Source: an archaeon (lineage in GTDB: Archaea; SpSt-1190; DYHY01). From it: a DNA stretch of 64,000 nucleotides. The first letter of the stretch is position 1; every line of letters begins with the position of its first letter. The stretch covers positions 30,568-94,567 of the forward strand of contig JBBIPP010000003.1 in NCBI GenBank assembly GCA_037442745.1, written 5' to 3'. Both the position numbers and the translations under genes were made by a program. The notes beneath the pieces are model-generated. The model was not told the DNA's origin, did no database searches, and saw nothing but the letters and a program-made list of their open reading frames with translations. Positions 25,785 to 35,686 of the stretch are shown piece by piece.

Positions 25785-26536
25785 TATGGGCATTGCCACT
25801 CTTCGGGAAGAGAGCAATTACTTTTCATGGTTTTGAGCACGACCCGCCCAAGTTCTATAACAAATTGCTGAGGAAACTCGCGGAAAAGTCTGTCGGCTCC
25901 GTTTTCTGCGTGGGAAAATATCTTAGGAGAATTTATGGCACGAGATGTCTTGACAAGAACATAATTGTCGGGGGGGTTGAATGGAAGAGATTCTCGGGCA
26001 ATAGGAAAAGGATAAGGAATAAGATTGTTTTTCTGAGACGCCTTGAAGGGGACAACCATCCGTTGGAGTGTATTGAGGCGCTTTCCGGAACGGGAATCGG
26101 AATAGATTTCTACGGGAAAGGCTCTCTCGTCGCAAAGGCAAGGGCGTTTTCTGTTGAACGGGGGGTTTCGGCGAGATTTTTCGGAGAAACAAAACATCCA
26201 GAAAATATCCTTCCCAGATACGAACTGGCTTTTGCGTCAAAACAGCTCGCAATCCTCGAATCCCTTGCTTCCGGATGCGCCGTATTCTCGCTTCACTCTA
26301 GCAACCTCCAAAAAGAGCTTTTGAAAGGAATGGGTCTTCCGAGAAAAGTGGTCGCGGATTTCCTGGTTTCTGACATCAAGAAGGCTGGGAGAGAAATTTC
26401 CGCGAGAATGATATCAGGTGGCGGGACCGGTTCCGGGATATCTTTCCGGAGAAGGCTTGCGAGAAAGTTCGGCTGGGAGAAAGTTGCCGATACGTACGAG
26501 AGGGAATACTTACGTCTGTTCAATGACCTTCCCTGA
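25526..26536 (+). CDS. GT4 family glycosyltransferase (copy B; N-terminal 87 aa almost identical to copy A, remainder diverged)
   Basis: ATG at 25526 overlaps the flippase-2 stop (ATGA). MRILHVTPFFSPHIGGVERHG...; downstream is homologous but diverged from copy A. Confidence 0.7.
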   Translation: MRILHVTPFFSPHIGGVERHGLEVSRCLAEKGLSERETIGRVRIIRAPFWGMGYFSRLFSAWWFVIRNWKEFREFDITHLHDFPAFVWALPLFGKRAITFHGFEHDPPKFYNKLLRKLAEKSVGSVFCVGKYLRRIYGTRCLDKNIIVGGVEWKRFSGNRKRIRNKIVFLRRLEGDNHPLECIEALSGTGIGIDFYGKGSLVAKARAFSVERGVSARFFGETKHPENILPRYELAFASKQLAILESLASGCAVFSLHSSNLQKELLKGMGLPRKVVADFLVSDIKKAGREISARMISGGGTGSGISFRRRLARKFGWEKVADTYEREYLRLFNDLP

Positions 26537-27524
26537 AAACCTCGATCTTGTTCGTCCGCTCGAGCCATTTCTTGTATTTGGATATTTCCCTTAGATAGTC
26601 TGGAAAGATTTCCGAGAGTCTTGAGGGCGCGCGGGAATCTTTTTCTAAGACGAGCGGGTCGAGGAACCTTGCTTTTCTAGAGATTACATAGTCCCATTTT
26701 TTGTCGTTGAATTTTATTCTGGTCCTCTTCGATATGAGGGAGAGTTTTTCTCGTATTTTGAAGTTGGAATTCCTGACAAGCTTCGCCATGAACTCCTTTT
26801 CGGTCAGCTTCGTCAAGTCCTCCCCAGTTATTATCCCTATCCTCAGGCCTTCGGCGATTGCTTCTGCGAGGAATTTCGAGAAAGTGTTTTGGATCGGGCT
26901 CGCCCATTCAGAATAGGAGAGCTGGAGATATTTCTTAGATGCTAATAGGGCATTTCTCATCCCGGAGAACGCGAACATCCACCTTCCCCCGAAATCCAGC
27001 ATCTTGACAGATGCAAGTATCCTCTCCGCTTGGACCCTTGAGAGCTTACCGACAGTCACCCCGTCCCTGAGGAAATAGTCTATCCTGTCTGCCGAAAGAT
27101 CTGGGAGCTCTGCCGTGAGAAGGGGGTTCTCCCCCCTGATAACTTCCTTCAAGCTCAATCCGTGCCTTGAGAGTATCCCGGGGATTTCCGACGATTCGAG
27201 CGTTGCCTCGAAAATCTTGTCATGGTAGCTCTTCTCATCGCTATCGAATATCTTGTCAATCACGTGGGAGAATACTGTATGGGAAATGTCGTGGAGGAGC
27301 CCGGCCAGACACTCTTCCCTCGGGGCTCCGAACAGGACAAGTATGTGATAGACTCCTATCGAATGTTCGAGCCTTGTCGTGTTCTTGTGGGGATCCGAGA
27401 GAACGACAGCGCCGTATTGGTTTATCCCAGAGAGTCTCCTCATCGACTTGGACCTTATTATCGCCTCTGCCAGGGGATCGGATATTGAAATCCTTCCATA
27501 AACCTTGTCGTTCAGGGAAAGCAT
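26520..27524 (-). CDS. HD-domain metal-dependent phosphohydrolase
   Basis: 334 aa. HSIGV...LLHDISH...D motifs of the HD superfamily. Confidence 0.65.
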   Translation of the reverse strand: MLSLNDKVYGRISISDPLAEAIIRSKSMRRLSGINQYGAVVLSDPHKNTTRLEHSIGVYHILVLFGAPREECLAGLLHDISHTVFSHVIDKIFDSDEKSYHDKIFEATLESSEIPGILSRHGLSLKEVIRGENPLLTAELPDLSADRIDYFLRDGVTVGKLSRVQAERILASVKMLDFGGRWMFAFSGMRNALLASKKYLQLSYSEWASPIQNTFSKFLAEAIAEGLRIGIITGEDLTKLTEKEFMAKLVRNSNFKIREKLSLISKRTRIKFNDKKWDYVISRKARFLDPLVLEKDSRAPSRLSEIFPDYLREISKYKKWLERTNKIEVFREGH

Positions 27525-27600
27525 TCTCTTCGGAAAGGTTTTCCTGAAAAGGGTTTAATAAACTGTTCCTAGAAGCGTCCCGGTAAGAAGGCATACATAA

Positions 27601-28455
27601 TTGTTTAAAAGGCTGCTACGGTTCTTCTGGGAACATATGACTATTCGCCAAGGATTTTTCAGGAAAAGGGATTTCGTCGCGGTGATTCTTGCGGGCGGAG
27701 AGGGTTCAAGGATAGGACTCCCATTTTCCAAATGCCTCCTTCCGGTTGAGGAAGGCAGACCCCTCCTCCTAAAGCACATCAACTATCTCCATAAGGCAGG
27801 GATTAAAGAATGGATTTTCGTGATAAATCCTGCGCAGACGGACATATTGAAGTTCATTGCGAAGGAGACTCCGGAGGACACACGCTACCACATCGTCCTT
27901 CAGCCGGCTCCGGTCGGGATATCGGAGGCCCTGATGCGCGCGATCCCCTACATTCAGGAAGCGGACAACGCGATGGTCCTCCTTCCGGACACTTACATGA
28001 ACGGGGAGAACCCCTACGAAAAATTGAAGAAGGCGCATACAGCGGAGAAATCTCCTGGAGGGGTAACGCTCTGCCTCTGGTCGAAGGAGAACAATTTCGG
28101 AAGCCTCGATTTCGTGAAAACATCGGGAAATGTCTGGACTGAAATCGACCCGACCTTGAAGCACGACAGCAAGGGTTGGGGCTGGGGAGCGATCGCGTTC
28201 TCCGTTGATTCCCTCGCATCGAAGGAGAACCCATTTATACAGAAGGTCTATGGAAGAAACGAGAAAGTGATTGACAACATGGGCCTCCTCTTCACCGAAG
28301 TCAGGAAAACTGCGCTCATGCTTCCCTACAAGTATTGCAAGGTGAAAGGGGACCGGATTGACTGCGGGACAATCGAGGGCTTTACAAAGGCAGTCAATTA
28401 TGTCGGGCGAAGGGTCGGAGCCAAAGGGAAAGCACTAATAAAGAAAAGGAATTAG
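27601..28455 (+). CDS. sugar-phosphate nucleotidyltransferase (NTP_transferase family)
   Basis: VAVILAGGEGSRIG (G-x-G-x-R pyrophosphorylase motif). Real start may be the internal Met at about 27643. Confidence 0.65.
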   Translation: MFKRLLRFFWEHMTIRQGFFRKRDFVAVILAGGEGSRIGLPFSKCLLPVEEGRPLLLKHINYLHKAGIKEWIFVINPAQTDILKFIAKETPEDTRYHIVLQPAPVGISEALMRAIPYIQEADNAMVLLPDTYMNGENPYEKLKKAHTAEKSPGGVTLCLWSKENNFGSLDFVKTSGNVWTEIDPTLKHDSKGWGWGAIAFSVDSLASKENPFIQKVYGRNEKVIDNMGLLFTEVRKTALMLPYKYCKVKGDRIDCGTIEGFTKAVNYVGRRVGAKGKALIKKRN

Positions 28456-28462
28456 TTGGAAA

Positions 28463-29578
28463 TCAGTTTTTCCTCTCTGAGACTGCGAGAATTTCCCGCT
28501 CGATCTCTCCTGCTATCTTCTCCCATGAAAATTTTCGGGCGAATCCCCTCGAAATCCCGGGAACTCCCTTATTCTTGAGCGCCCTCTTCGCATTTCCTAT
28601 CTGCTTGAAAAATCCCGCTTTTCCATCGGAGAGGAATCCCGCCGGTAGAGGGGCAGTTACTTCGGGGAGGGACGCGGAATTCAATGTGACTGATATTTTT
28701 CCGCATGCGGAGGCCTCGAGGGGAGGGATGCCGAATCCTTCCCAGGAGGACGGATGGAGATAGATGTCTAGGGCGTTGAAGAATCCGTTCAGGTCCTTCT
28801 CTGGGAGGTTCTTAAGAAGGATCGCCCTTTTTCCTAGGGAATTTTTCTCGATAAAATCGAGATATTCCTTTTCCAGCTCCCCGCCGCCCGCAATCGCAAC
28901 AGTTACCGACTTGTCAAGTAAGGCATATTCCAGGAGATACTTGTGGTTCTTGTAGGGGACAAACCTCCCGATTGTTCCGAGGAAGAAGGCCTTCCTCGGC
29001 ACTCTGTATTTTCTCCGGAAGTTCTCTCCTTCTTTTTTGGATGGCTTCAGCCGTTCGGTGTCAATTCCGCAGTAAATCAAGCCATCCGACTTTCTAAAGT
29101 AGATTGCTTTCAGCTGACGCTCCATGTATTCGGAACAACATATGTTTCTTTTCGCGAGGAAAACCGTCGGGAATCCCGAAAGGTAGTTGTCTATCCAGCG
29201 GAGGGGATTTTTCAGAAACTCTGAGAAAACCGTGACTTGCCCCCAATAGTAGTTTATAGTCGGGATTCCGGAGAGAACTGCCGAGTTCGAAAGGATTGAG
29301 GTGTATGTGAATATGATGTCTGGGGAAATTTCTTTTATTTTATTCGGATAGAGGGAAAATTGCCTTATCCTTCCGAGAAAGGCTCCGCCATAAGGAACTG
29401 TTTCCGTTTTTATCCCCTCCTTCCTGATTAAATCAATCATTTCAGGCCGTGTGTTCTCGGAAAAGGTCAGGATTGTGACATCGTGGCCCTTTCTTCTCAT
29501 TGCCCTCGCTGCCTCAAAAATGAATCTTTGTTGCCCTGTCATAGATTTTGCGCTTGTGAGGGTGAAGAGTATTTTCAT
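28463..29578 (-). CDS. GT4 family glycosyltransferase
   Basis: Start at internal ATG 29578, ATGA-coupled to the upstream GT2. EGFGIPPLEASACG E-x7-E motif. Confidence 0.8.
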   Translation of the reverse strand: MKILFTLTSAKSMTGQQRFIFEAARAMRRKGHDVTILTFSENTRPEMIDLIRKEGIKTETVPYGGAFLGRIRQFSLYPNKIKEISPDIIFTYTSILSNSAVLSGIPTINYYWGQVTVFSEFLKNPLRWIDNYLSGFPTVFLAKRNICCSEYMERQLKAIYFRKSDGLIYCGIDTERLKPSKKEGENFRRKYRVPRKAFFLGTIGRFVPYKNHKYLLEYALLDKSVTVAIAGGGELEKEYLDFIEKNSLGKRAILLKNLPEKDLNGFFNALDIYLHPSSWEGFGIPPLEASACGKISVTLNSASLPEVTAPLPAGFLSDGKAGFFKQIGNAKRALKNKGVPGISRGFARKFSWEKIAGEIEREILAVSERKN

Positions 29579-30579
29579 TTCGAGACCTTCCTTATTATTG
29601 TCGATGCAATTAATTTCGCAGAGTTCGAAACAATGCAAAGAGGCCGTGCGACCGGCGCGAGGAGCCTGCTGGAAAGCGCTGTTTGGAAAAAGGTTCCGCC
29701 GAATTCCTTCGTTGAAAATTCCCTTATCTTCTCGGCAATCTCCCGGTTTCCCAAGGCAACGTTCTTCTCATACAGCCTGTCGGCAAGCTGTCGGGAACGG
29801 GAGATTATTTCTTCCCTTGACGGGATTTGAAGCCTTTTCGCGTGTTTCAGCGCCTCGAGATAGATCCTGTGGGTTTCCTCGAGATACATCGCATCCCGCC
29901 CAAACGAGATATTCGTCTTCCTAATTATGTCGGTTGCCAGAGGCTCTTTTATGTATGCTATTTTCTTCCCTGATAGAACTGTCAAGAGAAAGAAATAGAC
30001 GTCGAACGCCGCAGGGTATTTTCTGGGAAACCCCCCTATCTCCTTGAAGAGGGATTTCCGGAAAACTAGGGTCGTTATTCCTAATTCGAACCTGTTGCTC
30101 CAGCCTTTCACTAGAAGGACTTTGATGAAGTCGTTCTTTCCGAGCCTCTCCGGAATGTCAAAGACCCGCCTCTCTGAATATTTTCCGTCTTCGGTCGCCC
30201 TATAAAACCCCGAACAGACAATCCCGACATCCGGTTCCCGCTCCAGGATATCCAATGCCTTGCCGAGAAGCGTTGGCTCGTAGATGTTATCGTCGTGGAA
30301 AAGGGCGATGTATTTCCCGCGTGCGCCCTTTGCCGCCTCGTTGAAGTTCTCGAGCTGGAGTATTTTCTTCGGATGTATCTTGAACCGGACACGTGGATTT
30401 TTCAGCCCGCGCAGGTATTCCGCAGTGTCGTCATTTGACGCGCTGTCGGAAACAAATATCTCAAAGCTCCGCTCGGGCCTTGCCTCGGAGAGGAAAAATC
30501 TTACGTTCTTTTCGAGGAGCTCCCGACGGTTCATTGTCGGGATGCATATGGAGATTTCCGGATGTTTCCTTTCCGGCAA
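29575..30579 (-). CDS. GT2 family glycosyltransferase
   Basis: ISICIPTMNRRELLE...FVSDSASNDDT...FHDDD, GT-A DxD-type. Confidence 0.75.
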   Translation of the reverse strand: MPERKHPEISICIPTMNRRELLEKNVRFFLSEARPERSFEIFVSDSASNDDTAEYLRGLKNPRVRFKIHPKKILQLENFNEAAKGARGKYIALFHDDNIYEPTLLGKALDILEREPDVGIVCSGFYRATEDGKYSERRVFDIPERLGKNDFIKVLLVKGWSNRFELGITTLVFRKSLFKEIGGFPRKYPAAFDVYFFLLTVLSGKKIAYIKEPLATDIIRKTNISFGRDAMYLEETHRIYLEALKHAKRLQIPSREEIISRSRQLADRLYEKNVALGNREIAEKIREFSTKEFGGTFFQTALSSRLLAPVARPLCIVSNSAKLIASTIIRKVSK

Positions 30580-30585
30580 ACTGCA

Positions 30586-31641
30586 TCAGTTCTCCTCTAG
30601 TGTCCCGCGCTTCACTTTCTCGAAATCGGCAGATACCATTCTTTTCACGAGCTCCTTGAAAGCCACTTTCGGCTTCCAACCGAGCTCTTTTCTCGCCTTT
30701 TCAGGGTTCCCTATAAGATGCTCGACTTCTGCCGGCCTCATGTTGTCAGTTGTCGACACTATTAAAATTTGTCCTGTCTTTTCGTCGAATCCTTCCTCTT
30801 TTCCGCTCTTGTCCTTCCGCCAGGAGAGCTTCCAGCCGAGCTCCTTCGAGGCCTCTTCCGCGAACTCCCTCACGCTGTGGCACTCGCCGGTCGCAAGAAC
30901 ATAGTCGTCCGGGCTCTTCGCCTGGAGAATCCTCCACATCCCCTCCACATAATCGGGTGCATATCCCCAGTCTCTCTTCGCGTCGAGGTTCCCTAGATCT
31001 AGGGGAATCTTCCTCTCGCCCAGTTTTATCCTGGAGAGCTCTATTGTTATTTTCCTTGTAACGAACTGCGGGCCTCTCCTCTCGCTCTCGTGGTTGAATA
31101 ATATTCCGTTGACAGCGAACATTCCGTAGGACTCGCGGTAGTTCTTCACTGCCCAGAAAGCGAAGAGCTTTGAGAACCCGTATGGCGAACGGGGATAGAA
31201 CGGGGTTTTCTCTGTTTGGGGAATTTCGACAGCTTTCCCGAATAGTTCCGAGGTCGATGCCTGATAGATTTTCGTCTTCAGGCAGGACTGCCTGACCGCT
31301 TCCAGTAGCTTTAAGACTCCAAGGCCAGTCGCTTCGGCAGTCTCTATCGGCATGTCGAAGCTCGCTTTCACATGGGATTGCGCGGCGAGATTGTATATCT
31401 CGTCGGGCTTGGTTTTTCTCAGGATTGAGAGTATTGACATTAGGTCCGTCAGGTCCCCGTAATGGAGATGGAAGTCTGGATTGTCCCTTATCGCTCCTAT
31501 GCGCCAGGAAGTCGTCGCGTCAGACCTCCGGACAAGGCCGTGGACAACGTATCCTTTCGAAAGGAGAAGCTCCGCTAGATAAGAGCCGTCCTGGCCAACA
31601 ACGCCGGTTATCAATGCGGACTTTTTCTTCGGATTGAGCAT
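30586..31641 (-). CDS. gmd: GDP-mannose 4,6-dehydratase
   Basis: 351 aa. [32 protein letters not shown], hallmark GMD N-terminus. Confidence 0.85.
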   Translation of the reverse strand: MLNPKKKSALITGVVGQDGSYLAELLLSKGYVVHGLVRRSDATTSWRIGAIRDNPDFHLHYGDLTDLMSILSILRKTKPDEIYNLAAQSHVKASFDMPIETAEATGLGVLKLLEAVRQSCLKTKIYQASTSELFGKAVEIPQTEKTPFYPRSPYGFSKLFAFWAVKNYRESYGMFAVNGILFNHESERRGPQFVTRKITIELSRIKLGERKIPLDLGNLDAKRDWGYAPDYVEGMWRILQAKSPDDYVLATGECHSVREFAEEASKELGWKLSWRKDKSGKEEGFDEKTGQILIVSTTDNMRPAEVEHLIGNPEKARKELGWKPKVAFKELVKRMVSADFEKVKRGTLEEN

Positions 31642-31665
31642 GGAAATCCCCCGTCCCCTCTCGTT

Positions 31666-32775
31666 TTATAATTTGTCCCGCTTTCCGGGGAGAATTCTTC
31701 CTATTTCAGCCGCTATCTGGGTGGCAGACCTGCCCTCTCCGAAAGCCAGTCTGGCGTTCCTGGCTATTTTCCATTTCCCGGCTTTTGCCTTCTTCAGGTG
31801 ATGGGCAATTTCCTCCGGGACAATTGAGCGAACGGACGCCCCTGTTCTCTCAGCCTCCGTCCTCTCGGAATGCCTCCTGAACTGGATTGACGGGACTCCG
31901 AGATAGCACGCCTCTTCTGTCTCCCCTCCGGCGTCGGTCAGTATTGCCGTCGCGTTCGAAAGGAGGGAAAGGAACTTTTTCTGTGGGAGGAATCCTTCAG
32001 TCCGGGCAGTTTTTGGAATTCTTATTTTGAACTTCTCGGCCTGCCTTTTCAGGTTCTCGGGAAGTATCAGTATTGTCGGAAGGGGCGAGAGCTCAATTGC
32101 CCTGAAGAAATTCCTGATCCGCTCCTTGCTCGTTATGTTCTCGTGCCGGTGGAGCTTTGCAATTGCGTATTTGCCCTTGGGAATTTTTGCGGATCCCTTG
32201 GATTTCTTCGAGCGCAAGACATCGATATTCGTGTTCCCGGTAACGAATATCCTTGACCTCTGCTTCCCCTCAGAGAGGAGGTTTTGCGCCGAGTGCCGGG
32301 TCGGGCAGAAGAAATAGTCTGAGAGGGAATCTGCAAGGCGCCTTGAGAGCTCTTCGGGGAAAGGCTCTCTTGCGCTCCCGGAGCGGAGTCCTGCCTCAAT
32401 GTGCGCAAGCTTCTTTCCGACAAGTTTCGCACCGATTGCCCCGGCAGTTGTTGTCATTGTGTCTCCGTGGACAAGGACAAGGGAGATTTTCCTGTCTTCC
32501 GAGAGTTTTTTCGAAACCCATCCGATTGCCCGAAGAGCCCAAGTCCCCGCCGAGAGCTTGGATGAAAACCTTCCCCTTCCCCGGGCAGAAGAGTCAAAGA
32601 CGTGCTTTGGCGGGCGCATCTTGTTCTCTTTTAGGGCGTCCTCGATATTGTGCTGGCCTGTGAAGAATATTTCGTATGGAATTCTCCTTTTCTCAAGTTC
32701 GGAGACTATTGGGGAGATTTTTATGAGTTCAGCAATTGTTCCTATTACGAATGCGGCTTTTTTGCCGGGGCTCAT
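31666..32775 (-). CDS. UDP-N-acetylglucosamine 2-epimerase (non-hydrolysing, WecB/MnaA-like)
   Basis: 369 aa. FVIGTIAELIKISPI...FTGQH...LVHGDTMTT motifs. Confidence 0.8.
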   Translation of the reverse strand: MSPGKKAAFVIGTIAELIKISPIVSELEKRRIPYEIFFTGQHNIEDALKENKMRPPKHVFDSSARGRGRFSSKLSAGTWALRAIGWVSKKLSEDRKISLVLVHGDTMTTTAGAIGAKLVGKKLAHIEAGLRSGSAREPFPEELSRRLADSLSDYFFCPTRHSAQNLLSEGKQRSRIFVTGNTNIDVLRSKKSKGSAKIPKGKYAIAKLHRHENITSKERIRNFFRAIELSPLPTILILPENLKRQAEKFKIRIPKTARTEGFLPQKKFLSLLSNATAILTDAGGETEEACYLGVPSIQFRRHSERTEAERTGASVRSIVPEEIAHHLKKAKAGKWKIARNARLAFGEGRSATQIAAEIGRILPGKRDKL

Positions 32776-34241
32776 TCGGAGCCACCTGTGTATCTCAGGA
32801 CAATTGAGCCCGCCCCTTGGGAATTGACGAACTGCTTTTCAATTGCGAAGAGGTCCGGATATTTCGAGGCAAGGGCGAGGGCATACTTGGGCTGGGCCCA
32901 GTCGTAATTGTTCACCTCAAGATATTCCGCCTCCCCTCTCTTGAGTTGCTCGAGAAGAGCCTCTTCTGTTTCCGGAAATGCTCTCACTTGCCCGTTGTGG
33001 AAGAGGGAGACAATCCTATATGCCCCTGCGAAAACCCTCTCCCCTTGCGCGTTCCGGGCGAGCCACTCCCCGGAATATTCTATCTCGACATATCCGCCCT
33101 TCTTTGAGTTGTGCATTCCTTCGCCGACTGAATAGGAAAAAATCGAGAACCCGATTATTGTGATTGCAAAGAGCGCGCGCCCGGCTCCCTTGTTTTTTAG
33201 GAACTTTTCGATCGGAAACATTGCGAGGTTCGCTAGGGAAATTGAGAGAACGGGGAGTATTGACACAAAATATCTCGCATCATAGGGGATTCCCGCAAGG
33301 CGCGAAACGGGTGAGAATATTACAAACGCGAGGAGGGGGAAAAACAGCTCGCTCTTCCTGAACAATGCAAGCCCAGAAAGGGAGGCTAGAAAGACAATAA
33401 TGTGCAGTTGAACAAACCGCATTGACTCCAAGAAATTCCCCAAGTTTGAGAACGCCATTTCAAGATAGTTACTGGAAGCCCCGGAATATACCCCGAGAAG
33501 TCCTGTTCCTGAAACAGCAAGCCAGATGCCGACAGGGACAACTACCGAAACCAAAAACGCTCCGAGGGAAAGGAACTCCTTTCGCGCTCTTTTGGATGAA
33601 AAATGAGACGCCAGGAAAATTAACGCAAGGCTTGGGAGGTTCGGAAGACGTATCAAGTATCCGAGAGCAGCAATTAGGCCGAAAAGCCCCGCCCTCTTCG
33701 GGTTTGGGCTCTCCAAATAATATGACGCAAAGAGAAGCCCTCCTGCGCAAATTGCCGAATCGTAAATGTCTAGTAGCGCTCTCGCGGAATAGAAGAAAAA
33801 AATGTGGTTGAACGCTAGGAGGGCCGATGCTCCGAGGGAGACAGTCTCGCTCTTTGAGAGCTTTTTTGCTAGGAAATATGTGAAAACAATTGAGGAGAGC
33901 GCGGCAAGAATTGTCGCAAGGTAGAAAGGGGTTTTTGAAAACTCACCGCCTGAGAGAAGAATGATTGCTGATGAAAGCAAAGGCAGGCCCGGAAATATCC
34001 CTTTTTCCTCTCCCAATACGAGGCCGTTTCCGGAAAGGAAATTCTTCGTTGCCCCCAGATAGAGCGCTTCATCGGGCCAGAGCCCGTGAGATTCGAGAGC
34101 GTTTGGGAGGATAAGAAAAAGGAAAATCGCAAGAATTGCGAGAAAAATTCGGCCGGAGGGGATTTTTCCGGCTACGTCGGGGGGTTCGCTAGATTTCGCG
34201 CTGTTTTCTGGGATTTTTCCAGGTTTGTTTGAGTAGGACAT
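32772..34241 (-). CDS. polytopic membrane glycosyltransferase, ArnT/PMT (GT39/GT83)-like, second copy
   Basis: 489 aa, many TM helices. GLWPDEALYL DE motif in the first loop. Confidence 0.5.
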   Translation of the reverse strand: MSYSNKPGKIPENSAKSSEPPDVAGKIPSGRIFLAILAIFLFLILPNALESHGLWPDEALYLGATKNFLSGNGLVLGEEKGIFPGLPLLSSAIILLSGGEFSKTPFYLATILAALSSIVFTYFLAKKLSKSETVSLGASALLAFNHIFFFYSARALLDIYDSAICAGGLLFASYYLESPNPKRAGLFGLIAALGYLIRLPNLPSLALIFLASHFSSKRARKEFLSLGAFLVSVVVPVGIWLAVSGTGLLGVYSGASSNYLEMAFSNLGNFLESMRFVQLHIIVFLASLSGLALFRKSELFFPLLAFVIFSPVSRLAGIPYDARYFVSILPVLSISLANLAMFPIEKFLKNKGAGRALFAITIIGFSIFSYSVGEGMHNSKKGGYVEIEYSGEWLARNAQGERVFAGAYRIVSLFHNGQVRAFPETEEALLEQLKRGEAEYLEVNNYDWAQPKYALALASKYPDLFAIEKQFVNSQGAGSIVLRYTGGSE

Positions 34242-34291
34242 TCAGAGCCTTTCCTTTCGGGTGTTTTTTTAAAGTTCCCCATGTTTCGGGC

Positions 34292-35686
34292 GAAATGGAA
34301 CTCTTAAACCCCCCGAATGCGAGGGAACTGCTGCCTGTCGAAATAAACATCCGGGTCCTTGAAAGGGAGTGCGCGAAAGGCGACTTTGTCCCCCTTATCG
34401 TAACCTCGACCAAGCCGGATTTTTACAAACAGGCTCCTCTCTTCTCCTCTTTCGAAAAGCGGGGGCTCCCTTCAGTCGCCCTCCACACGGGCCAGCATTT
34501 TGATTCCCTTCTCGGGCACGGCCTCGACGAGTTCGGGATACGGGAGAGGATTGGAATTGACCTTCGGGTGAGGGGTGGGCTCTCGGAAAAGACCTCTGAG
34601 GTTGTGGCAAAGCTCTCCCAAGTCGCGAACTTCCTTTCTGGGAAATTCCCCGGAAAAACATTCCTGCCAATCGTACACGGGGACACCCATTCTGCAGGAA
34701 TAGTCCCACTTGGCTGGATGTTTGCGACTAACCAGAAATGCGCTCAGAACGAAGCTGGACTTCGCTCAATGCAGCCATCTTTCAGGAACGCCAAAAACAA
34801 CAGCAAGTTCCTCTCCGACCAGTTGAACGAGAAAAACTGGGTCTTGAACAGAACGGAACCCTTCCCGGAGCAGTTCGACACTTTTATCGGGAGCGCGGCG
34901 TGCCACTATCATTTCGCTCCGGTCTCCCTGAACAAGGAAAGCCTTGTAAGGGAAGGGTATCCGGAGAAAAACATTCCGGTTGTCGGGAACTCGGTTGTCG
35001 AAGCTTTCAGGCTTGCCGGAAAAAGGCGTCCCGAAAAATCCGTTTTCGAGGATTATCCTGTTCTTGAAAAAGGGGATTGGATTAGGGTCGATATACATAG
35101 GAGGGAGAATCTTCTCCCCGGGAGGTTCCTCGCAATAATCGGGGCGGTGAAGCGCCTCGTAAAAAGCGGCAGGAACGTAATTTTCATTGAAATGAATGCG
35201 AACAAGTTCGCGATTGACAGGCTCGGACTCTCGGCGGAAATTGGAAAGCTGAAATCTGAGAAGAATTTCCTCTATACCGGACTCTGGCGGGAATATGGCT
35301 CGGTTGTCGAGTTCCTAAAGAGTGGGAACTGCCGGGCTGAACTGACTGACAGCGGAAGCATGCAGGAGGAATTGAACGAACTGAAAAAGCCCCTCTCAAT
35401 AACTTGCAGGTTCTCTACCGACAGGCCCGAGACAATTTTCTCGGCAGGAACGAACATATTGGCCCCGCCAATAAGCGCGGACTATCTCAATTCCTTCGTT
35501 TCCTGGATTCTTTCAGGGGAAAGGGCAGACAAGCTGATTTCAAAAGGAAGGCGCCTTTATGGGAAAGCGCCGTCCAAGAAAATTGCCGATTTCCTCTACC
35601 GGAGAAGAAAGGATCCCGTTTTCGAATGGGCGCATGAGCGGGCAGGGGCGAAATATCGGGAGACTGCCAGTGGCTATTTCCTCTGA
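34292..35686 (+). CDS. UDP-GlcNAc 2-epimerase-like protein (divergent second paralog)
   Basis: HTGQH and PIVHGDT motifs. N- and C-terminal extensions. Start chosen at internal ATG 34292 of ORF 34229..35686. Confidence 0.5.
   Translation, partial: EMELLNPPNARELLPVEINIRVLERECAKGDFVPLIVTSTKPDFYKQAPLFSSFEKRGLPSVALHTGQHFDSLLGHGLDEFGIRERIGIDLRVRGGLSEKTSEVVAKLSQVANFLSGKFPGKTFLPIVHGDTHSAGIVPLGWMFATNQKCAQNEAGLRSMQPSFRNAKNNSKFLSDQLNEKNWVLNRTEPFPEQFDTFIGSAACHYHFAPVSLNKESLVREGYPEKNIPVVGNSVVEAFRLAGKRRPEKSVFEDYPVLEKGDWIRVDIHRRENLLPGRFLAIIGAVKRLVKSGRNVIFIEMNANKFAIDRLGLSAEIGKLKSEKNFLYTGLWREYGSVVEFLKSGNCRAELTDSGSMQEELNELKKPLSITCRFSTDRPETIFSAGTNILAPPISADYLNSFVSWILSGERADKLISKGRRLYGKAPSKKIADFLYRRRKDPVFEWAHERAGAKYRETASGYFL

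Noticed and set aside
26520-28455. HD hydrolase plus nucleotidyltransferase as a CBASS- or nucleotide-second-messenger defence module
   Set aside because: The transferase has the sugar-1-phosphate pyrophosphorylase G-x-G-x-R signature, not a Pol-beta/CD-NTase GS...DxD motif. Context is glycan biosynthesis.
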